A DNA stretch of 64,000 nucleotides from Phoronis australis (Eukaryota > Animalia > Phoronida): positions 186,001 through 250,000 of the forward strand of contig NMRA01000503.1 in assembly GCA_002633005.1 (NCBI GenBank), read 5' to 3'. Below the pieces are notes generated by a model, which worked only from the letters and a program-made list of their open reading frames with translations, was not told the DNA's origin and made no database searches. The translations under genes and the position numbers were made by a program. Below, piece by piece: positions 14,401 through 27,278 of the stretch. Position 1 is the stretch's first letter. Each line of letters starts with the position of its first letter.

Positions 14401-17032
14401 TGCGTGATTGAACTCGCGTTTTCTTATTTTACTAGAGCTTTGTTAGGACTATCTGGTTAGCCTAATACATCTAAAATAACAAAATTCCATTGAAGGTAGG
14501 CTTTAATTAAGTATCTGAAAATATACCCATCATTGTTTATTACGAATCAAATTTGTACAAATTGTTTCCAGCTGTGCAGTGCTAATAATTACACAATTAT
14601 TAAACCTTAATTTGGTAATTGTGAAATGAAGCCTAACACCAAATTTCTGTCTTAAGTTTTAAGTCCCTTTTCATGAAACAAATCTCAGTTCTGAGCACTC
14701 GCGCTGTACTTGTCACTTGGTCTGCTGTTTGCATGTTATTATAATAGTCTACTTATTGGTGTAATTTACAGGCTTTGGAGGTGATCAAGAAACTTAAAGA
14801 GACTGACACTTTTCCAATAGCACGTGCCCAAATGAGGTTAAGGGTCACAGCAACAGGTACGGCTTACAGTGACGATGAAGTGACCTGGCAACCATTTCTA
14901 ATTATTGGTGTTTTGTAGATTAAGCACTTAGCTTAACGTTAGTTTTTTACAACAATTTTTGTGAAACTCAAACAAAAAGGAATTCTTAATAGTGTCTGCA
15001 GTCTGGTATGAACACCAATTCATTGTGTCTTGTTTAACGTGGCTTTAAACCCATTCTGTCTAAGAAGTGAACTTTTGATTTAAACCACTTACTGCTATAA
15101 AGTTGGTCTCAACTTGTTCCTTACTCAGGTGAGAAGTGGTTGATGGGTTTGAAAAGAACTGATAGTTCGTCATTTTTATTAGATCATTGTCGGCACTTAA
15201 AATGACACACCTCGACAAGTCGACATGTAAAGCCTGCTTGCAAGTATTAATGAAATGACAGTTATTTCAAAGCCTTGAAATCATCTTCAATTTGACGAAG
15301 GAACTACAGCTAATTTAGGCAATAGTCACTCATACGGGTACCGGATTTTAAGAACCATTTTCATACCTGTTATTCAGTGCAGAAAACTGGTTCTCCAAAT
15401 GCGGGACCCTTGTAAGTGACTCACAATATTTGATTTTTTTGCAGCCAAGGATGCCAAGAAAGTGAATAAGAAGCTTAAAAAGTTAGCCAGCAAAGTAGAA
15501 CAAGATCATTTTAATGAAGACGAGTATGAATTAGTGAGTACTAGTATGAATACACTTCTTTTATTTCACGCTTACAGTGTGTTCAATGTATTTTTAGACT
15601 GTACTAAACTTAACAAAAAGTTTAGAGCATTTGCAGTGGCCTAAACATCCTCAACTTCAAGGTTGGATAATAAACAAGGGAATTTTCAGCTTGCTAATCA
15701 TGCCAAACATATTTGAAATACTAACTTGTCTTAGTTGAGAACTCCAATCACTTTTTAAGACAGNTTTGTAGATTAAGCACTTAGCTTAACGTTAGTTTTT
15801 TACAACAATTTTTTGTGAAACTCAAACAAAAAGGAATTCTTAGTAGTGTCTGCAGTCTGGTATGAACACCAATTCATTGTGTCTTGTTTAAAGTGGCTTT
15901 AAACCCATTCTGTCTAAGAAGTGAACTTTTGATTTAAACCACTTACTGCTATAAAGTTGGTCTCAATTTGTTCCTTACTCAGGTGAGAAGTGGTTTATGG
16001 GTTTGAAAAGAACTGATAGTTCGTCATTTTTATTAGATCATTGTCGGCACATAAAATGACACACCTTGACAAGTCGACATGTAGAGCCTGCTCGCAAGTA
16101 TTAATGAAATGACAGTTATTTCAACGCCTTGAAATCATCTCCAATTTGACTAAGGAACTACAGCTAGTTTAGGCAATATCACTCATACGGGTACCGGATT
16201 TTTAGAACCAGTTTCATACCTGTTATTCAGTGCAGAAAACTGGTTCTCCAAATGCGGGACCCTTGTAATTGACTCACAATATTTGATTTTTTTGCAGCCA
16301 AGGATGCCAAGAAAGTGAATAAGAAGCTTAAAAAGTTAGCCAGCAAAGTAGAACAAGATCATTATAATGAAGACGAGTATGAATTAGTGAGTACTAGTAT
16401 GAATACACTTCTTTTATTTCACGCTTACAGTGTGTTCAATGTATTTTTAGACTGTACTAAACTTAACAAAAAGTTTAGAGCATTTGCAGTGGCCTAAACA
16501 TCCTCAACTTCAAGGTTGGATAATAAACAAGAGAATTTTCAGCTTGCTAATCATGCCAAACATATTTGAAGTACTAACTTGTCTTAGTTGAGAACTCCAA
16601 TCACTTTTTAAGACAGGGGCAAAATAAAAAAACAGATTTGCCATTAAAAACCACTTGTCCCAGTATAATAGCGAGAATTAGTTGTGAATTTTGATGAGTA
16701 TCCATGAACATTTTTTCTGGTGAATGAATTGTTGCATATACCATTTGTTAACTGGAAATGTAGGTGTAGTTTCTCTGGTTGATTAGAAATTCCGGTGTCC
16801 CACAATCCATTGCCGATATTCTACACATCTCTAATACTGAAAAATGGCCAATGATTTTGTTTAAGATTTTGTTGTCTTTGAATTTCTTGTTATATTCTTG
16901 CAGGTGTTTCTTGTTGATCCTGGATGTTATCGGGAAGTAGATGACCTTGTGAGGTCAGAGTTGAAAGGTCATGGTCAAGTGGAACTGCTCAGTTTAAAAG
17001 ATGTGGAAGAGGGTGATGATACTCTGGACTGA
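11443..17032 (+). CDS. SBDS: Ribosome maturation protein SBDS (~254 aa, 6 coding exons)
   Basis: Exons 11443-11573, 11942-12071, 13018-13218, 14772-14856, 15445-15533 (or duplicate 16298-16386), 16904-17032; 765 nt. [37 protein letters not shown] ... [17 protein letters not shown] ... [15 protein letters not shown] ... [14 protein letters not shown]. Confidence 0.97.
12321..12419 (+). repeat. 33-bp tandem repeat x3 (SBDS intron 2)
   Basis: Unit catcttcccgttgaagtaatcagtgaactctct. Confidence 0.9.
14087..14502. mobile_element. Non-autonomous DNA transposon with TTAA target duplication (Kolobok-like)
   Basis: ttaa|AGCCTATCTTCAATGG ... CCATTGAAGGTAGGCT|ttaa: 16-bp TIR with one mismatch. A TTAA TSD with purine-purine termini fits Kolobok rather than piggyBac. 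Confidence 0.75.
14912..16616 (+). repeat. Direct duplication (14912-15763 and 15765-16616) joined at a single N, including SBDS exon 5; probably two alleles assembled in tandem
   Basis: Two near-identical ~852-bp copies abut exactly at n15764, with scattered substitutions. Confidence 0.9.
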
Positions 17033-20000
17033 AGAAGACAGTGTTCATAGTTTGTTAGTTGCAATATAGAAGGAGCCACTGTTGGTTGTCTGTGATGGAG
17101 AAGAAGTAGAGTTGTGGATGGAGTTTTAATTTAATAGGAGTACATTCTACCTTCTGGTAAAATGTAAATTTCATGAACAAAGTAAGAAGAAATACATGAT
17201 TTTAATATGCGATTTTTTGGTATTTATAAACATTTGCCAAGAAGCCCCATGCTGTGCCATCTTTGAAAACCATTGCTTTGATTTAATATGATTAATTAAT
17301 TCATAATTATTCACGACTTTTTAAGGCATAGACTGAATGTAGTTCATTGATTGCTTCATCGAAAAGATTCACTGGCTCCAACTCGTTTTAGTTCAGTATG
17401 AAGTATGCAATTTCAGCTTGACCTAATTAGCAGAGCATGAGTCTTAAAGAAAATTTTATCCATCCCAACATGGTAACAGGGAATATTAGCTCCCTTTTTG
17501 TGGTTGATAGTTGACGGGTATTGCCAAGTGCATCATCCATTTTCTGTATGCTGTGAACCTTGCGCTCTTTGCAGTAAAATTGGACCATGTGACCATTGCA
17601 ATAAAATTGTACCATTCTTGAAAAATCCCATTCAAATTTGAACTCATTGTTTTGACTGAAAATTAAAATGCTTGCCTGTCAACTGATTTAAATTGCTTAG
17701 CTTTGCTTTATATCTTTTATTGTTGATAATGATTGCCATGGCGACTGTTGAGCATAAGTCACAGCATATGTAATACAGTGTCAGAATACATGACACTGAA
17801 GTAGCTTTTAGGAGCTATTAAGGTTTATGGTGTTCTTGGTGAACCTTTTTCAGTTTTGTACACTGAACAATAAAGTACTGCCCTATTATCTGAATCACTG
17901 TTGAAGTTTATGGCAAAAATAACACATTCAGAAAAGTTACATGTCTGTGATGTGTGTTGATCCCTATTTAGTTATTGCCTGGGGATTTCGTCTATGGTAA
18001 AACTTACTCAATTGGTGGAGCTGATGTCGTTTTTTAAATGCATTGTGAGACAGATGTCGGCTCATAAACATCTTGTGACATCCCAGATGACTTGATGACA
18101 TTAATATGTTCGAAAACAAAATTTGTCACTTGAGGTCACCAGAATTGAAAGCACAGGTCCACTTCATCGTACGTTTTGGCCTATAACTATAAGTCTATGA
18201 CTATAAGTGTAATAGATATCAAGTGACCTCCTAAAAGATGGCTGTTGTCTGTCTTTTAAGAACGGACTCGAATTGAATCTAGGGTCATCAACGTTAACAA
18301 TAAGCAACTATCATACCAAAAATAAAAACTGAAAATGCGCCGCAAAATGCATTGAGTTAATACATAGGTTTGCATAGTTTTGGGCAAAAGGTTTCCACGG
18401 TACACGCTATTTGATCCCACTGAATTAGATCTCACAACCGAAAACGCAGATTAGTAGTAGGATTACAGGTCCATAAGTTATGTGATGTCATCCGATGTTA
18501 ACGACGGACAACAGGCGCAGATTTAAAAAACGACAGCTGCACCTTAGATGAAATCCTAATTGTCTTGTGGTGATATCATAAATATCCTTGCTTTCTGTAA
18601 CTGTTGATCCAAGGAGGTGTAGTTCTACCCATGTTTGGGTCATGAGTGCAATTCTATGGTTAAAGTTGAACAGACAAATGCTTTGTTTACTAATAAAAGT
18701 TTGATGACTATTGGTGATATCTTTTCTTGCACATTTCCATCTGTGTACATTTTAATCGCAGTTTTTAATGCTTATGACAATACCATGCTTAAACACTTCG
18801 CTCTCTGTCAGCTGACTAAAATTCATTAGTAGGGGGCAGCAAAATAGGGTTTTAATGCGTCACTAGCGTGTTGAACTGACGAATTTAATTTGTAGTGATA
18901 AAAATTTCTGTGTAAACGCCATTTGTTTTTCTACAGGTATACAAAAAAACACAAAATTTTACCCACCATGTGACAAGTTGTGGACTATCTGAATTTGGTT
19001 GTGGCTCGTACGTGCATATCTGTGTTTAGGAAACTTGTGTCTTTGAATAAGAGGCTGTGGGAGTTGCCGGATACAAGGCCGCTTTCAGACGACCTCTCAT
19101 TTGATCAGAATCTAAGGATACGTGCTGAAATAATTTTAAAAACTAAAGATCGAAGCCCTTTTTTGTTTTGAAAAGAAAATTGCCTATTTCATCAGGGTTT
19201 GCTGTAGGTGTAGTAGCACGACGTGCTGCTGTCATAGTCGCAGAACCTACTTAAAGGAATTGTCGTAAATGATAAGGCACCGTTGGTTATTTCAAGTACA
19301 TCGTCAGTTTATCCACTTCTCAATGGCCACCGTTTTCCACAGGTTTTAAGCGTCCGTGGTTGATTTGTTTCGTCGACAAATACAATTGAACATTAATCAT
19401 TAAACTGCAACTGAAATTGTCGTGTTAAACAATAAGTTATACATCAGTGTCCACTCGCAGCTGGACACTAGGACCACCAACATGGAATACAAGAGTAATA
19501 ACCCTGAGTCTTAAAGGTACCGGGAAATTTTAGATTTGTTTCACTCCAGTGTGAGGAAGCATCTTACACAAAAGATAGTCAGCGAAGCTCATCGAGAGCG
19601 AGCTCTTGAGAACGCAAATCGGCCGTAGGCCTCAGGTTCGAACCAATCTCTGAAGTGCGCCGTTCGCTTGGGGTGAAGACTGGGATCACAGTGGCAGATC
19701 CCGAAGACACCTTGGATGACCGCGCCACTTCTGATGTTTCATCATCGTAAATGGAAGACAGAAACTTTGCCGACTGTGAACCAATATTAGGCATGTGCAT
19801 TTCTTTTCGATTCACTTGTTACTTCAAAAAATAAATAAATAAGATGCAAGTCTGACAATCGGGACTGGTAGACACGAAACATATCGGAAATATGCTACAA
19901 ACTAATTTGTCGTTTCGTCCTGCATTTCGTGGCGTGTGCACGAGCAAGGTGGGATACAGTTTTGTTGTATGTGTCCTATTGTGACACATAATCAAGCCTT

Positions 20001-21244
20001 GAAGAACGACTGACTTTCAAACAAAAAAGACACGATTTCAAAACAATTTCAAATATTGTTGGCAACTGAATTCACACCGGTGTATTCCTTACTCTTTTAG
20101 CACAAAAAAGTTAAATCTTAACCGATTACAAATTAGCCTGTTGAACATTGTCTTTCAGTATAGCAAAAGTCGCCATGATGTTCCCAGTGCCGGCCTTGGG
20201 GGACGAGAAGTCAATTTTATTTTTTTTTGCGTCCACGGCTGTATCTCTTTCACCATTTGCAACACCTTCCGAAATTTAGCAGACTCAGTGGTTCCCATGG
20301 ATATGGCAACGGATGACGCGAGTTTCAGACCAACCAACTAAAGCTGTGCTCCCTAATGGCAATTTTATTTTTTACGTTTGCCTAGTCTGTAACTTTAAAG
20401 TTCCTTGATGTTTTTCACGAAGACAAACAAGATTCTATTATAAAGTCGACAAAACCTTTGCATTTTGTGATGGATGCTACGTATTGTGCACCAACTAGTA
20501 GCCATTTTAATTATTTCTTTTTTGTTTTTATCGTCTGCTTCTGTATCTGCCCGGACTGACACCGGGCAGAGGATCCTTATGTAAATTGGCAGAAGTTTTC
20601 CTACTGACAAGAGCAAGTGACAGACGTGGATTTTCAAACGGGTCCAAGTACTGTGGTGACCTAGTGACATTTTCCCATCTACCGCTGTATCTTCTAAATC
20701 CCTTGTAATGTTTTTGAAAATTTGTATTCCTATTGACTCGATAACCGATATGGTTCCCATGGGCGTATTTCAGTTTGGTTACTGTTAATGTATGTTTTAA
20801 AAAATCAGATGGATTGTTCTGAAATACGTCCCTATGTAATTTCTTTTGATGTAAAAGTTTGTTCAATTTGACAAGACATCATAGTTTGGAATTTCCTCAA
20901 ATGCCGGATTATAATTTACTAACTAGAAATTGTGTGACTTTGTTGGTAATTAAACGTTTTAGCACAGTATAAAGGACAATTTTAATGAAAAAATACCACC
21001 TCCCCTTTTCCGAAAATACGCCCGGTTTCATGTGACATTTTTGAAAGGGCATTTTCCGCCTCAAAAAATTAAGCCACTGGGGCAGTTACGACTGAAGAAC
21101 ACCAGAGCCGTGCCAACCGACTAGAGCGACGTCTTTCGTGAATATGCACCAGAGCAAAAACAGGAATCTTCTGCAACGAAAGTTACGAAAACAAGTTTTC
21201 CCGCTAGATGGCGTCGCAGAGTTCTCCAGAGTTTAGCAGAAAGC

Positions 21245-24200
21245 ATGTCGGACAAGCATACAGACGGTGAAAGAAAACGCTCGAATTCAAGTTGTGTTGA
21301 CGAAGAAACTTACGAACCTGCGCTGAAAAAAGAAGCTTTAGAACTCAATGATGACCCTAACAAAACGTCCAATATGAAATCAAGCAGTTTTCAATTCAGC
21401 TCGAAGCCCAGTTTGGAAGATTTGTAAGTCACCAGCTCGTTGACGTTGTCACTACCATTTTGGCATTAGTTATTAGTACCAGGATTTTCCGTAGATAAGC
21501 TCACCCGATGAAACGCCCATGGTTGTTTATTTGGTGTTACAACTTCTGGTGTCAAGTGTCCAGATAATGGGCGGTTTATTCAGAAAATTTCTTAAAAGCC
21601 CACTCAGCGTCAACTTTTTTGTCTCAAATTCAGTTTTGTGGAACATTTATCATTTACAAAAACGAATAAGGTGTTGGCGAACTATGGTGCATTTAATAAC
21701 ATAAAATTTAAAAACACAGCTTAAATTAAAAATGTTATAGTCAGTAGTTTCCGTTTACAAGCCCCCCTTTTCCGAATAGATGCCCAGACGTTTATTTGGT
21801 GTTACCTAAAACAACTGAAAATGTTCATTTTCCAAATACACGCCCATGGGCTTATCTACGGTAAATCCTGGTACCATTCTCCTGGAGTGTAAAAATGAGG
21901 AAATTTCCACTATCACAGTCTAATCTAGAATTATGCTCGATTAAACCTGTCAAGTAAGCCTTTTGTGTTGGTACACAAAGCTGGTCAGACATTACAGTCA
22001 CACAAAGGAATCAACAGGTGAAAGTGAAATCTAATTTCTCTGAAAGTCAATCGTTTTTCTCCACTAAAAGTTTTTTGGTGAAAGTATTTCATACAAAACA
22101 CATACATCTGCTTCACAACATTTTTGAAAGTCATTTGCAAATAGTATTTTTCAATATCAGGATAGCGTTAGACGCACTGTTTACAACATAATTGCTCGAT
22201 TACGTGAGCTTATCAAAGCCGACAATATGAGAGAGCTGGACTATGTTAACATTGGCTTGCCACTGCCAAACTGATAAAAACACAGGTGTAACCCAACAGG
22301 CTGATCAGGCTGCTGACCAGGTTCTCATTCTACAGCGCGGATGCGTAACGGAGTTACGTATTCACTATTCTGACTATAGGCAAAACGTAGCCCCTCAGTT
22401 GTGACCATCGCTTTCTGTACTAATTTCATCCCGTGTATTTTAAACGGGCGGTAAGCGAAATCCGCACACCGGCTGAGTTTTCACCTCCTCAAAAATACAT
22501 TCTACACTTTATAAAACTATCACTTGAAAAAGCGTTTACTTTCTTCAGTGATCCTTTCTGCTTCTACACAAATCTTCGATGAAACATAGCTATGAAAATT
22601 AAGGTGACTTTCCAACTCCATATTTTTGGTCACTGTTAACTTTTTCACTGCGCGTGATAACCACAAAGTATTTCAACTGAGTCTGTTAGGCAAATGTTAG
22701 CGCTAGACTGAGCAAAGCGCGTGACCTGGTGCGTGACATTTGCAAAATAGCATGGGAAGATATCAGGTGAAATTTGTAAGATTTATGTCCCTTGGAGTTT
22801 TTGTTCGTCAACATGCGTAATTCCATGTAACTTCCTCAAAATGGCACCCGGTGAGAAAACTCGAGCAAACTTCGACAGATTGTCATGGATATGCTTAAGT
22901 TATGTTGACGAAATTGTGTCCAGAGTCATGGTATGTGTTGATTATAACTCCATGTTCCTATATGCATGTTTCATTTGATTTATTTTGCTATATTTTGAAA
23001 CGAGTAACTTTTTATGGGGATGTACTATCGCCCCTGTGTGCCTGCGGCATTCAGGGGCAATGTAATTGCCTATACTGACTATAGTGCATAAAAACAAAAT
23101 TCACAAAATGTTAAAAGAATTTCAACCAGCAACTGGAGGTAGTTTGCAGATGGAGTATGTCTACAGCTGTACTACAGTTGCAAAATAGCTTTTGGCCACT
23201 TAGAATTTTTCACATGCAACCCAGTTAATTTACAACTGTTCTTAGTTCAACTGGTTACCTTGTTATCATATTATAAAAGGAGGCAGTTTGCCTTGTGTGA
23301 TAGGTGCCCGCCTTCTTTACTTGAGGTCGTGGGTTCGAGTCCTACTGGGCCACAATGTTAGACCCTTGAATCAGGTTTCTAGCTCCTCAGCGCAGTTTTT
23401 ACTATATATTAATAAAACACAAAAATAGTTCCAAGTGATCTGTGTAATGGACCCACATGCATGCGGCCTGCGCACGTCTGGTACAACGTGTACCAGACCG
23501 CCTGCAATTATTTTTTATATCATATTATAATAAGTTGAGACCAGAATGCCAGCCAATGAGCCAAGTGAATACCTTAGTTCACAAGTTCTGTGCTCGGTGA
23601 AAAATGCAAATTGGCGGAATGACAAGCAAATAGAAAAATGTTGAAACTTCAAGTGAATGAATTGTATTGAAGGGCTTGATTTCTGTCGCAGTTCAGATAC
23701 ATTCGCTGTCTCATTTCTGCAGCTAAATTTCATTGCGCGATCGTAATTTCGACGTGTGCATTTGGAGTGCGACATGGAAATGACACCAAATTCTACACTT
23801 TCAATAAGCGGACTTCCAACCCTGTTTAGATTCAGGGTTAATGTACCAACTACAATCAGCCATGCAGTGGTTTCTCGTCTGGGTGATAGTTATGGATCAG
23901 ACATATCATTACGTTTAATCTCACAGTACCAGTTACTTAGGTATTCAATGGAAGTTACTGGGTCACAAATGAGGGACTGTCACTTCTGATTACACCAACA
24001 GTACATAATTGTGGTCCCATATTTAACTACCAAAACTTTGTCTTTGTCAATATATAACCCTCTAGTCCGGTTTAGACATTAACTTTTGACATGTAGCGCA
24101 AATGAAATGGCGCAAGATGATTGGTGTCAAATTGCTGTTCACACACACACATATCTCAGATACAGTGGCAAGGCGGAAGTTGTAGGCAGGGATGTGGAGT

Positions 24201-26191
24201 GTTCGTGTGCTAAGTTGCACATTGTGGGAGTCTCAGTTATTTGCTACGGTATTGTTGTTTTTGTTGTTGTGGTGCTTCTAATTCCCCGTTTCTCTGTACT
24301 TGTTGAAAAAAAATTGTCACAGGATTTCATGTTCACTCCAGGCTTGATGTATCTATTTTAGGCGTCAACAAATTGCCCAGTTTAGTTCAGAGAGAAACTG
24401 GGACCAGTACCACCAGCCAAGAAATCTCCTTCTGGCGATGATGGGCGAGGTGGGAGAAGTGGCTGAGCTATTGTAAGTATACAGTTGACAAAGGCTGTAT
24501 TTGGTGCACATGGGCAGTAGGATGCAGGGGCCATTTTGAATGACCTGTGTAGGATTGACTTAATTGAGCCAAACCATTGAAGACTATGTTTTCTGTAGTT
24601 GTTATTGAAATGGATATGGTTACGATGACTAACTACTAATGGAGATCTAGGAGCTACACTGTCTGCCTCAAGTGAACAGTAGCTGAGCTAATAGCGCATG
24701 TCAACATGTGAAAATATGACAATAATGGAATTAAGTAGCTGCTAGTTCATTCAGTTGTTCTTGCCTGGCAATGAGGTGTCAGCTCAGCTATTGTTCACCT
24801 GAGGCAGACAGATAAGCTTGTAGTTCTTTGTCTGTGGTGGCACTATGTCGCAACTACTTAGCACTAGTTTGGTGGAAGCTTCCTCTTTTCAATAGATATT
24901 AATATAATTTTTAGTTGGCTTGTTTATGAAGCTATTTACTTCACGGACATGTATGGCCGATTGATTACAGAAGGGAGATTGGAATTCTCTGCTGCATTTA
25001 CTCAATGTAAAAAGCCGGCCAAGAAACTTGATTCAGGGCTTAATTTGCATTATTTAGTATAGAGAAATTGGTGTTTCTAATTACATGTCATAACAGCATA
25101 GATTGAATAGAGTTCTCTGATTGTTTGAGACAGAAAATTCACGTTTGCTAATTAAGTGATTTGTATCACTTTGAAGTTTGCGATTTTGGCTCGAGCTCTT
25201 TGACGTGTGGCTAATCCTGACTGAAAGTGCAATGTTTCAATTGTTTTCTTTGTAGCCAATGGAAAGGTGAAGTGAAGGAAGGGTTGCCTGGTAAGTAGCG
25301 GGTATTGGCATCTCCACAAATGACCACTACTGACAACTTGCCCACTTTACTAAAGCCTACACATGAATGTGCCAACGACTGTGTGTTTTGAGCATAACCA
25401 ATGACTTAAATTTCTAAATGTAACGACAGGCTTATTGACTTGAATTTGTGTACATCACCGCAAGAATCCTTATATGGTGTTCTGTTCAGAAGTTTATTTA
25501 TTAAACTATTTTCAGTTTTCTTCTTTGTTCTTTATTCTTGCCATGGTCCAGTATGGCAGGAAAAGGCTACTTTACTTGTCATTCGATGAGCCTAAGTTTG
25601 AGTGATTGTTTTTTCATGTTGCAAAATTATTGCTGGGACCATGTGTTGCCCAGTATGTCTGAAATAACAGAAAATTTTCAATGAAGGCTTTTAGTAACAA
25701 ACTGAAACCACAGTACAGTACCACCTTTAAATGGACTATGGAAACCAGTCATTATTCCTCGTTTTTTCATTATCTTATACCTAGAGTGGAGTTTGTGGAT
25801 TATATATGCATCTAGATTTGTTTCCAAAAAATTTCATCGACTTATCTTTTAAGTTGGCAATTTTGATCTTGAGTTCAAATTATCATTGTACGTGGGTTTG
25901 GTTTTCAACAGAACTTACTGTTCCTTGTATTTGAGATGTAAAAATTCCACTTATGCTGTTCTGGGATGGTTTCTTATAGACTGGACAGAAAAAGAGCGAG
26001 TCTTGCTTGGACAAGAACTCAGCGATGTGTTGAACTACTTGGTTAGGCTTGCTGACCGTTGTCATGTGGATCTTCCAAAGGCAGCCGCGGAGAAAATACT
26101 TCTCAATACAAAGAAATACCCAGCTAAGGTCGTCTATGGTAAGAGCAAAAAGTACGACCAGTATAGCGAGAGCGAGTTAAAATCAACATAA
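21245..26191 (+). CDS. DCTPP1: dCTP pyrophosphatase 1 (MazG-like, ~178 aa, 4 exons)
   Basis: Exons 21245-21423, 24362-24472, 25256-25290, 25980-26191; 537 nt. FSSKPSLEDLRQQIAQFSSERNWDQYHQPRNLLLAMMGEVGEVAELFQWKGE ... QELSDVLNYLVRLADRCHVDLP ... KKYP. Confidence 0.96.
21479..21871. mobile_element. Tc1/mariner-pogo-type MITE with TA target duplication in DCTPP1 intron 1
   Basis: ta|CCAGGATTTTCCGTAGATAAGC ... GCTTATCTACGGTAAATCCTGG|ta: 21/22-bp TIR. Related subterminal motifs (catgggcgtattt, ttttccgaaaatacgccc) also occur at 20757-21025. Confidence 0.8.
22379..23070. mobile_element. Non-autonomous DNA element with imperfect TIRs and TA flanks
   Basis: ta|GGCAAAACGTAGCCCCT ... AGGGGCAATGTAATTGCC|ta. 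The same two ends recur at 31137-31192 and one end at ~10485-10502. Confidence 0.7.
23283..23352 (+). mobile_element. Degenerate tRNA-derived SINE head
   Basis: T-arm/B box gtgggttcgagtcctac at 23328-23345; degenerate D and anticodon arms. Confidence 0.5.
24659..24811. mobile_element. Short MITE/inverted repeat in DCTPP1 intron 2
   Basis: CTGTCTGCCTCAAGTGAACAGTAGCTGAGCT (24659-24689) versus reverse complement of 24781-24811, 29/31 match. Confidence 0.75.
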
Positions 26192-26772
26192 TGTGGTCTT
26201 AATACATGAATGGAGATATGTTGGGATGCCAAACTAGTCAGAAAAAAAAAACAGAATAGACCACATGCAGGTTTTCTGAGTGGGGGATGCGAGACGAAAT
26301 TGCTATAGGTCTGTAATCTTGGTTGTGGAAATCTAGTATGTTTTACAAATCTCAGGCAAGTCGTTGTGCATCAACTGTTTACCATTACAACCTAAAGGAA
26401 AGTGGGACAAAATCTACATTGTTTCTTATTTTGCATGTCCATCATAGTGGTGGGTGTTAGAGATGTTAGACATTTCATGGAAAATCTGGCTGAAGTAATT
26501 TTGTAGACAGAACACAATGCATTTAAGCAGGAAACCGGTCTTAAGCCGAGTCAGAACAGTGCAGTGATGTTGAACAAGCCAAGTGGGCTTGTGAGTGGAT
26601 AAAACATGTCATTAGAACATAACATGTTGCCACTGAATCCTGTTATTAATTGGCTGTAAACCACTGTCACGAACAATTTTGAAACATGGACATGGTTCTT
26701 GGTAATATTATATGGTGAGAGGTGAGGGGTGGATAAGGGATTTGTAACTAACTAAACTACTTGTTAGTTGTG

Positions 26773-26803
26773 AATAAAGTCAAAATAAAAATATATTTTT
26801 ATT
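26773..26803. terminator. Clustered opposing polyadenylation signals for convergent DCTPP1 (+) and IQCD (-)
   Basis: AATAAA at 26773 and 26784 on the plus strand; TTTATT (minus-strand AATAAA) at 26798-26803. Confidence 0.5.
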
Positions 26804-27116
26804 ATCAATTTATCTTTTTCATTATTTACAAACTGTACAAGCTCAGAACTTATCGGTCACTACTGAGCTGTTTCTTTCGATTTGCACGATATTAAGTTGC
26901 ATTCCTCACTTTGTTTACTACATGCATGGCATACAGTTGCTACACTTTGCATACCCCAGAAAGACAGTTTGTCACCATTTGCATATTAATGGAAGAGAAG
27001 TGCACAAACAAGCACAGCAATTACACGCATTTGCACGAGTCATCGTATGTGAAACAATTCAGCAATCAGCAACAGTTTTTAAATGAACACATCCTTCACA
27101 AATGACATACCTTAGG

Positions 27117-27247
27117 CACATCAAGAGTGATGCATGCAACAGACACATCAAGAGTGATGCATGCAATAGACACATCATGAATGATGCATACAATAGACAC
27201 ATCATGAATGATGCATACAATAGACACATCATGAATGATGCATACAA
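27117..27247 (+). repeat. 27-bp tandem repeat x~5 in the IQCD 3' UTR
   Basis: Unit cacatcatgaatgatgcatacaataga. Confidence 0.9.
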
Positions 27248-27278
27248 GTGACACAATAATAAATCTGAATCCCAATAA

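Noticed and set aside
19499-19810. Telomerase RNA (TAACCCT template-like 7-mer, P6.1-like AGAG-loop-CTCT) or 7SK (GATC..GATC hairpin, TTTCTTTT end)
   Set aside because: I found no P3 pseudoknot partner or clear H/ACA domain, and the P6.1-like loop is 4 nt rather than 5. The 7SK terminal stems and U-bulges are absent. Kept only as an unassigned island.
27059-27256. ORF with repeated MCLLYASFM
   Set aside because: Translation of a 27-bp UTR tandem repeat.
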